Shown here piece after piece: positions 1-5,140 of a stretch of DNA of 5,751 bases. The DNA is from Candidatus Nanopusillus sp. Its GTDB lineage: Archaea > Nanobdellota > Nanobdellia > Nanobdellales > Nanobdellaceae. A program made the position numbers and the translations under genes. The notes beneath the pieces were generated by a model. It was given only the letters and a program-made list of their open reading frames with translations. It was not told the DNA's origin and searched no databases. Numbering within the stretch: the stretch's first letter is position 1; each line of letters starts with the position of its first letter. The stretch is from contig DAIUEN010000032.1 in NCBI GenBank assembly GCA_036845085.1, positions 1-5,751 of the forward strand, in the 5' to 3' direction.

Positions 1-46
1 TAAAAAAAATAAAAAAAAATATACAAGATATAGAAAAAACTTTAAA

Positions 47-53
47 TTATATA
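47..53 (+). promoter_or_regulatory. Candidate TATA box upstream of the small ORF
   Basis: TTATATA at -31..-25 relative to ATG 78, preceded by the purine-rich GAAAAAAC. The spacing matches the other candidate promoters in this window. Confidence 0.3.
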
Positions 54-77
54 GAAAAACATACAAAAAGTAAGAAA

Positions 78-215
78 ATGATAAAGTTAATAGAAAAAAT
101 AAAGTTATTGATCAGGGAATTAGTTGTAGTAAAATTTGATAGGAAAAAATTTGGTAAAAAATTTGAGAAATCTCTAAAAAAAGTATTAAAAAAAGCTGTA
201 AAAAATGTACGATAA
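78..215 (+). CDS. Possible small Lys-rich protein (45 aa from ATG 78: MIKLIEKIKLLIRELVVVKFDRKKFGKKFEKSLKKVLKKAVKNVR). The same frame is open back to position 3, so it could instead be the 3' end of a gene starting upstream of the window.
   Basis: My own translation of frame 3; this ORF is not in the supplied track. ATG at 78..80, TAA at 213..215. TTATATA at 47..53 lies 25-31 nt upstream of the ATG. The ORF overlaps the next ORF (ATG 205) by 11 nt. Caveat: poly-A-rich sequence readily yields Lys-rich ORFs. Confidence 0.3.
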   Translation: MIKLIEKIKLLIRELVVVKFDRKKFGKKFEKSLKKVLKKAVKNVR

Positions 216-687
216 AAGAATAGAAATATTTTTTCATGATTTATGTACAGTATTATATAAAAGCTTAGTTTATGAAAGAAGTTTGATTTACTATACCATA
301 CCAGAAAATTACGAATATTTTTATCGAGATTTATGCAGAGAAATTTGGTATACCATTTTTAAAAATAAAGAAATATATAATTATGTAATACAATTTATCA
401 ATCATTATATGGATATTTATGGAAATAGACATCCAGATTATTACATATATCTAGAAGAAATAATGGAATCTATAATAATAGATATATGGTTTGAGGAATT
501 AAAAAGGAAAGAAAAGATATTAGATAAAATCCGAAAATATCTTTACCGTCTTATAAATATTATAAAACTTGATCGATGCAAAAATGAGTGCTTCTGTGAT
601 TTAGAAGAAAAAGAAAAAAATTACGTAATAAATAAGCTTTATAATAGTATGAAAATGTTAAAAAAGCTAATTTATCCTAGAATATAG
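205..687 (+). CDS. Hypothetical protein, 160 aa, Tyr-rich, no recognisable domain
   Basis: A 160-codon ORF is unlikely by chance where stop triplets are this frequent, and no competing ORF lies opposite. I count about 21 Tyr (~13%). There is a small Cys cluster, DRCKNECFCD, near the C-terminus. I recognise no family motif. Confidence 0.6.
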   Translation: MYDKRIEIFFHDLCTVLYKSLVYERSLIYYTIPENYEYFYRDLCREIWYTIFKNKEIYNYVIQFINHYMDIYGNRHPDYYIYLEEIMESIIIDIWFEELKRKEKILDKIRKYLYRLINIIKLDRCKNECFCDLEEKEKNYVINKLYNSMKMLKKLIYPRI

Positions 688-690
688 TAT

Positions 691-1446
691 CTACAATATA
701 TCTACTTTGTATTTATTAAGAATAGTCCTTTTCATTATATCTTTTATCTCTAAAGATTTTTCTAAAGCTAAAGATAAAGCTTCTCTTAATTCCCTTCTAT
801 ATATTTCTCCATCCAACTGTAGCAAAGTAAATTTTTTTTCAGACGGTATTATTGCAACTGGTATATCAGTAGCCCTACCTTCCCCATAGTAATTAATATA
901 ATTTTTCTTTTCGGGATCTTCCTTTAATTTTTCAGAATCATAATCTTCTTCCTCTTTTATTAAATCTACAACAATTTTTTCTCCAACTTTACCTACTGCT
1001 ACAGCAGTTACAAGATCTCTCATAGGAATTCCTGCATTTGCTAATGCTAAAGAAGCTGCATTTATACTAGCAGTTCTAGTACCAGCATCTGCATTTAATA
1101 TTTCTACATAAACATCAACAATGCTTCCAGGTAATTCTTCCAATAATAATGCTGGCTCTAAAGCCCTTTTTATTACTTCAGATAACTCTATTTCTCTCCT
1201 ACCAGGACCTGGTTTTTTTCTTTCAGGAACAGAAAATGTTAACATATCATATCTAACTCTTAGAAATGCTTTATCATAGTCTATAGACATTTTTGATGGT
1301 CTTATATAAACTGCAGCTAAAGCTTCAGTATTTCCAAATCTAAAATATCCAGATCCATCTGCATTTTTCAAGATTCCTATTCTAGCCTCCATTTCTCTTA
1401 ACTGGTTATAATCTCTTCCGTCAAATCTAAGAATATTTTTCATCAT
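691..1446 (-). CDS. rrp41: Exosome complex exonuclease Rrp41 (RNase PH domain, phosphorolytic 3'-5' exoribonuclease subunit)
   Basis: The protein matches archaeal Rrp41 hallmarks along its length. These include DGR..NQLR, LKNADGSGYF..GNT..LAAVY, LRVRY.M..FSV.ERKKPGPGRRE, DVYVEILNADAGTRTASINAASLALANAGIPMRDLV and TLLQLDG. The start overlaps the rrp4 stop (ATGA). Confidence 0.93.
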   Translation of the reverse strand: MMKNILRFDGRDYNQLREMEARIGILKNADGSGYFRFGNTEALAAVYIRPSKMSIDYDKAFLRVRYDMLTFSVPERKKPGPGRREIELSEVIKRALEPALLLEELPGSIVDVYVEILNADAGTRTASINAASLALANAGIPMRDLVTAVAVGKVGEKIVVDLIKEEEDYDSEKLKEDPEKKNYINYYGEGRATDIPVAIIPSEKKFTLLQLDGEIYRRELREALSLALEKSLEIKDIMKRTILNKYKVDIL

Positions 1447-2078
1447 GCTCTACCCTTTTCTATCATTTCTTTAACCTTTTCAGTCAATCCTTTTTTATAA
1501 GAATTTTTTATTATATATTCTATTACAGAAATTGTCCTCAGAACATTTAATTTATCTCCTGAAATAAATACTCTTCCGTTATTCCCAATAATAATATTTA
1601 CTTTAAGCATTTCTTTTAGTATATTCAACATAGATCCTTTTTTGCCTATGACTCTAGGCAATCTAACAGGATTTACAGAAATTATTACACCTTTTTCCAA
1701 CTTCCCCAATCCTTCTTCTTTTACTGTTAAATTTATTATTTTATTTTTACTTATTTTGTATATTTTGCACAATAGAAAATCTTCATAGGTATATAAATCA
1801 TTCAAGTCCATATTTTCTCCAATATTTGTGTCTTTTACTAATAAAAATCCCAAATATGGGGAATTTATGTCTATAACCCAGCCATTTGGTAATACATCAA
1901 TAACTTTCCCTATAATTACATCATTTAGTTTTGGTATATAAAAACCTTCTAACCTTGTTATTTTAACCCCATTATTTGTTTCTCTTAGAGATATAAATTT
2001 CGAATATCTATGCTCTCCTATACCATATGTATTTTCTATTTCTCCCTTTCCTACATAATCGCCAGGTATTACAATCAT
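1443..2078 (-). CDS. rrp4: Exosome complex RNA-binding cap protein Rrp4 (N-terminal domain + S1 + KH)
   Basis: S1 signature YIPKLNDVIIGKVIDVLPNGWVIDINSPYLGFL. KH domain with GXXG, LPRVIGKKGSMLNILKEMLKVNIIIGNNGRVFISG. C-terminal KGLTEKVKEMIEKG resembles crenarchaeal Rrp4 as I recall it. A KH domain rather than a Zn-ribbon distinguishes it from Csl4. Confidence 0.92.
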   Translation of the reverse strand: MIVIPGDYVGKGEIENTYGIGEHRYSKFISLRETNNGVKITRLEGFYIPKLNDVIIGKVIDVLPNGWVIDINSPYLGFLLVKDTNIGENMDLNDLYTYEDFLLCKIYKISKNKIINLTVKEEGLGKLEKGVIISVNPVRLPRVIGKKGSMLNILKEMLKVNIIIGNNGRVFISGDKLNVLRTISVIEYIIKNSYKKGLTEKVKEMIEKGRA

Positions 2079-3190
2079 TATATGTATCTAAAGATGTCAT
2101 CTTTATATATCCTTTGTATCATATAATTCCTTTCATTTTTGTGCTTTATTTTTTCCAATTCTTCATATAATAAGTAAAAAATATTATTTATTGTTGAATA
2201 TAACTCTATACCATCATAAGAAACATTAATATTTACTTTACTAGACCATAACCTAGCTTTTATTATAAATCTTATTATTCTATCTTCTATAGATTCATTA
2301 ACTTTTTTTATGTGTAAAACCAATCTGATGTCATCTCCTAATATTTTAGAATATTTTTTAATTAATCCTTCATATTTCTTCCTTATATATTTAATATCTA
2401 TTTCGTCTAAATCTATTCCATGAATTACAAGATTATATTGTTTTTCCTTTTTTAGTTGTAAATATGATATCAATATATCCTTTGCTGTTATTATTCCATA
2501 TATCTTATAATTCTCTAATACTGGTACAGAAAATATCCTATTATTTACTAGTGTTTCTATTACCTTTAATAAAGAATCTGTACTATTTACATAGATAAGT
2601 TTGTTACTAATTATAGATCTTACTTCTATCTCTAAATCTTTTTCTTCAAATGATCCAGAATTTCTTTCTTTTTCAAATACAAAATATCTTATTATATCTG
2701 ATAAAGAAATGATTCCTATAGGAGTATTATCCTTAGAACTTAATACAATTAGTCTAGATACTCCCTTACTTTTCATCAAACCTATTGCTTTAGATACATC
2801 ATCTTTATCATAAACAAAATATATGTTTCTATTTACTAAATTATTTATAGATAGTTTATTTATTATCTCTTTATCTTCTTTTATACTTTCCAATACTTCA
2901 AATATATTTACTATCTCTATTTTATCATCTTTTTTTACAGGAACTATCCTAGTATTTGACAATATCATTTTTTCTATTATATCTAATATATTATAATCTC
3001 CCAATGGCTTTATTCTTAAAGTAATTTTCTCTATTGTAGTATCTGGTCTATATAAATACTTAATAATCTTATCGTTTGATATAACCCCAAAATATTTTCC
3101 TTTATTATCTAAAACTAGAATATCTTCACCCTTCTTAATATAATCTATTATATCTGATATTTTCTTATCTTTTGTAACAGCAACAACCAT
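2078..3190 (-). CDS. Four-CBS (two Bateman modules) protein with a C-terminal ~115-aa domain resembling the HPF/RaiA (YfiA) ribosome-hibernation fold; start reassigned to Met50 of the 419-aa track ORF
   Basis: Four CBS-like repeats are visible: ..ILVLDNKGKYFGVISNDKIIKYL, ..TRIVPVKKDDKIEIVNIFEVLESI, ..VSRLIVLSSKDNTPIGIISLSDIIRYF and ..RIFSVPVLENYKIYGIITAKDILISYL. The C-terminal part (2081..2437) reads as beta-alpha-beta-beta-beta-alpha. Its elements are NLVIHGIDL / DEIDIKYIRKKYEGLIKKYSKIL / IRLVLHIKKV / RFIIKARLWS / VNINVSYDG / IELYSTINNIFYLLYEELEKIKHKNER. ATG at 3188..3190 avoids a 74-nt overlap with the upstream gene and has TTTTATTAA 23-31 nt upstream. The stop overlaps the rrp4 start (TAATG). 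Confidence 0.8.
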   Translation of the reverse strand: MVVAVTKDKKISDIIDYIKKGEDILVLDNKGKYFGVISNDKIIKYLYRPDTTIEKITLRIKPLGDYNILDIIEKMILSNTRIVPVKKDDKIEIVNIFEVLESIKEDKEIINKLSINNLVNRNIYFVYDKDDVSKAIGLMKSKGVSRLIVLSSKDNTPIGIISLSDIIRYFVFEKERNSGSFEEKDLEIEVRSIISNKLIYVNSTDSLLKVIETLVNNRIFSVPVLENYKIYGIITAKDILISYLQLKKEKQYNLVIHGIDLDEIDIKYIRKKYEGLIKKYSKILGDDIRLVLHIKKVNESIEDRIIRFIIKARLWSSKVNINVSYDGIELYSTINNIFYLLYEELEKIKHKNERNYMIQRIYKDDIFRYI

Positions 3191-3193
3191 AAG

Positions 3194-3229
3194 AAAAAAA
3201 TTTAAAAAAAGGTTAATAAAATTAAAAAA
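3194..3229 (-). terminator. Oligo-T runs (T6, T7, T7 on the minus strand) downstream of membrane paralog 3; possible archaeal intrinsic termination signals
   Basis: Plus-strand A6 at 3224..3229, A7 at 3204..3210 and A7 at 3194..3200 begin about 35 nt after the stop at 3264. Archaeal RNA polymerase is known to terminate at oligo-T tracts. The runs are interleaved with the candidate TATA box of the next unit. Confidence 0.25.
3213..3221 (-). promoter_or_regulatory. Candidate TATA box for the CBS-rrp4-rrp41 unit
   Basis: The minus strand reads TTTTATTAA at -31..-23 relative to the ATG at 3190. The AT-rich background lowers specificity. Confidence 0.35.
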
Positions 3230-3263
3230 CTTTAATTTAGTAGATTTATTTAGTGTCTTGTCG

Positions 3264-3923
3264 TTAGTTACTAAGATTACCTCCTGATTTACTTTGTGAT
3301 TTATCTCTCGCTTTATATAATAGATCTTCTGCGGCAACTACAACTCCTTCTGAAGTTTTTTTAATCCTATCCTTTAAGCTAGTTTGCTTTGGTGTTGAGG
3401 TCATCCAATGTATTAATGCAAACAATATTAAGAATATTATTAATATAGCTAATAGTCCAGATTCTATTAAGAATAAGAATATTGTCTCGACTATTTGTTG
3501 AGACCATACTCCAACTCCTTCAGGATCATAAGAGGCAGCATATAAAAATGCAAATACTACTGTTAAACCCAAAATTCCTTGAACAACTGTCCTAATCCTA
3601 TTTAAGTTAGAATTTTGAGAAGAATTTCCAAATCCTATGAATATAGATAATCCAATTAATATCATTAGTAAAACTAACATTTCATAGAAGAAGAATGAAA
3701 TAAATCTAGCAGTAAAGAATACTAATCCTACTTTATATACAAAATACATAGCAATGGCAAATGATATTACCGCATATATTCTTTCAGATTCAGATTTATT
3801 TCCAAATAATCTTGCTTTTCTAATCAATCCATATATTAGTGAAAATATTAACAAAAACGGGGCAATTATTGTGAATATTCCATATTGCATAAATAAAGAA
3901 TAAAATGTTGAAACAAACTCCAT
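3264..3923 (-). CDS. Membrane protein, about 5 TM, unknown family (paralog 3 of 3), with a Ser/Lys-rich hydrophilic C-tail
   Basis: Shares with the two upstream genes the N-terminal TM motif G(I/F)F.II.PFLLIFSL(I/V)YGLI, followed by a basic loop. Also shares the C-terminal ETIF..LIESGLL..IIFLILF.LI.WMT..PK. Tail sequence is KQTSLKDRIKKTSEGVVVAAEDLLYKARDKSQSKSGGNLSN. No Cys residues. Confidence 0.75.
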   Translation of the reverse strand: MEFVSTFYSLFMQYGIFTIIAPFLLIFSLIYGLIRKARLFGNKSESERIYAVISFAIAMYFVYKVGLVFFTARFISFFFYEMLVLLMILIGLSIFIGFGNSSQNSNLNRIRTVVQGILGLTVVFAFLYAASYDPEGVGVWSQQIVETIFLFLIESGLLAILIIFLILFALIHWMTSTPKQTSLKDRIKKTSEGVVVAAEDLLYKARDKSQSKSGGNLSN

Positions 3924-3933
3924 CTTTATTTAT

Positions 3934-4509
3934 CTAAGAACTTTGTTGCTGTTGTTGCTGAGCCTGTTGCTGTTGGCCAGTTTTAGAAGGTTTTGTCATC
4001 CAATATATTATCAAGAACAATATTAGAAATATTATTATTACTACCAATAATCCAGATTCTATTAGATAGGCAAATATAGTTTCTAATATTATACTATTAA
4101 CCGCAACTGAAGGTGTTGAAAATGAAGAAAATGCAGCATATAATATAAATATCATTATTAGCATATATATAGTTCCTTTCACCCAGACTGGAATATCTTT
4201 ATCATATACTGCCAATGCCAATGCTAATAAGAAAAATGCTAAGATTACTAAAGCGGCTTGTCCTACAAAATTTAGCAATGCATTCATTATATGTTGGTTT
4301 TGAAGTGCTAGCAAAGAAAAACCAAAAGAAAATAGTATTTCTATTCTATGACCTTGTACATCCCTGTCGCCTTCAGATAATAAATTCGAAAATCTAATTA
4401 ACATATAAACTAAAGAAAATATCAATAAGAATGGTAGAATTATATGAAAGAATCCTAGTTGAGTTAAATTTCCATAGAATATCTCATTAACATTTAATGT
4501 CTGAGGCAT
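3934..4509 (-). CDS. Membrane protein, about 5 TM, unknown family (paralog 2 of 3), with a poly-Gln C-tail
   Basis: N-terminal motif LGFFHIILPFLLIFSLVYMLI and C-terminal LETIFAYLIESGLLVVIIIFLILFLIIYWMTKPSK, then TGQQQQAQQQQQQSS. It starts 5 nt after the paralog 1 stop and ends 10 nt before the paralog 3 start. Confidence 0.75.
   Translation of the reverse strand: MPQTLNVNEIFYGNLTQLGFFHIILPFLLIFSLVYMLIRFSNLLSEGDRDVQGHRIEILFSFGFSLLALQNQHIMNALLNFVGQAALVILAFFLLALALAVYDKDIPVWVKGTIYMLIMIFILYAAFSSFSTPSVAVNSIILETIFAYLIESGLLVVIIIFLILFLIIYWMTKPSKTGQQQQAQQQQQQSS
3943..3975 (-). repeat. CAA/CAG codon tract encoding QQQQAQQQQQQ
   Basis: The plus strand reads ttg ttg ctg ttg ttg ctg agc ctg ttg ctg ttg, an imperfect trinucleotide repeat at the 3' end of membrane paralog 2. 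Confidence 0.9.
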
Positions 4510-4514
4510 TTTAA

Positions 4515-5108
4515 CTATTTATTACCACCACCTGAACCACCTTGTTTGCTACCTCCACTTCCGCCCACTGGCCTTGTTATCCAATATACAAAGCCCATTA
4601 GTATTCCTAATACTACCATAGTCATAATAAATCCTAATACTTCAGTATTATTAAATATATCGCCAAAAACAGAAAATATAGATATAAGGCCAAAGGAATA
4701 TAATGCAACTAGAAAAAATATTACCGTTGCTAATATTCCAACAACTTTTTTATAATTATCGCTAACTATTTCTCCAGTATCAGATTTTACTAAAAATGGA
4801 GATACCGATAGTAATAACATGAATAATACTAATATATACAAAACAAAATAGGGAATTATCTCCCTTATATTTATAACAACATTAACAGAACCTACAACAA
4901 AGAATGATATAGAAGCAGAAACCATTGCAATTATACTTCTAACCGCTCTAGCTTTAACTTCGTTTGAAGTATCAAAAGGATCTCCTAATATTTTATACTT
5001 TGAAAGTAATCCATATACTATAGAATATACAAGTATAAATGGTAATATTATGTTAAAGAATCCCATGTAGTTCAGTATATTCAATATTATTTCCCACATT
5101 GATGACAT
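4515..5108 (-). CDS. Membrane protein, about 5 TM, unknown family (paralog 1 of 3, most diverged), with a Gly/Ser-rich C-tail
   Basis: N-terminal motif MGFFNIILPFILVYSIVYGLLSKYKILG and final TM LGFIMTMVVLGILMGFVYWITRP, then VGGSGGSKQGGSGGGNK. TTATATATA lies 21-29 nt upstream of the ATG. Confidence 0.75.
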   Translation of the reverse strand: MSSMWEIILNILNYMGFFNIILPFILVYSIVYGLLSKYKILGDPFDTSNEVKARAVRSIIAMVSASISFFVVGSVNVVINIREIIPYFVLYILVLFMLLLSVSPFLVKSDTGEIVSDNYKKVVGILATVIFFLVALYSFGLISIFSVFGDIFNNTEVLGFIMTMVVLGILMGFVYWITRPVGGSGGSKQGGSGGGNK

Positions 5109-5128
5109 ATTAGTAATAAAAACTTTAC

Positions 5129-5137
5129 TATATATAA
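5129..5137 (-). promoter_or_regulatory. Archaeal TATA box for the membrane-protein triplet; probably a leaderless mRNA
   Basis: The minus strand reads TTATATATA at -29..-21 relative to the ATG at 5108. It sits in the 32-nt gap after the ferredoxin stop. No Shine-Dalgarno-like element lies between it and the ATG. Confidence 0.45.
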
Positions 5138-5140
5138 GCT

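Noticed and set aside
217-237. R-x5-H (RIEIFFH) in the 160-aa protein as a possible HEPN RNase motif, which would make the left-edge pair a toxin-antitoxin module
   Set aside because: The motif is at the extreme N-terminus, whereas HEPN catalytic motifs usually sit in a later helix. It lacks the usual polar residue after the Arg and has no other supporting features, so it is too weak to call.
707-889. 60-aa plus-strand ORF
   Set aside because: It lies entirely antisense within the strongly supported rrp41 gene and has low-complexity composition, so it is a shadow ORF.
2601-2813. 70-aa plus-strand ORF
   Set aside because: It lies antisense inside the CBS-domain gene, has no motif, and is a typical shadow ORF.
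3191-3337. N-terminal 49 aa of the 419-aa track ORF, including a hydrophobic stretch that could be read as a TM anchor
   Set aside because: It overlaps the well-supported tail of membrane paralog 3 by 74 nt. It is translated largely from A/T homopolymer runs in the intergenic gap. ATG 3190 has a properly spaced TATA-like box.
3982-4005. Conserved YW(M/I)T..P motif after the last TM as a possible archaeosortase- or sortase-type C-terminal sorting signal
   Set aside because: Known C-terminal sorting signals are ordered motif, then TM helix, then a basic tail at the very C-terminus. Here the motif follows the TM and precedes a long hydrophilic tail, so the architecture does not fit.
4215-4397. 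60-aa plus-strand ORF
   Set aside because: It lies antisense inside membrane paralog 2. The minus-strand frame is supported by paralogy with two neighbouring genes.
4546-4755. 69-aa plus-strand ORF
   Set aside because: It lies antisense inside membrane paralog 1. The Pro-rich start merely mirrors the Gly codons of the real gene's tail.
5100-5105. TGATGA (C-box-like) sequences here and on the minus strand at 1440..1445, as possible C/D-box sRNAs
   Set aside because: Both coincide with start regions of protein genes (Met/Ser-Ser-Met and Met-Met codons). I found no appropriately spaced CTGA D box or terminal stem.
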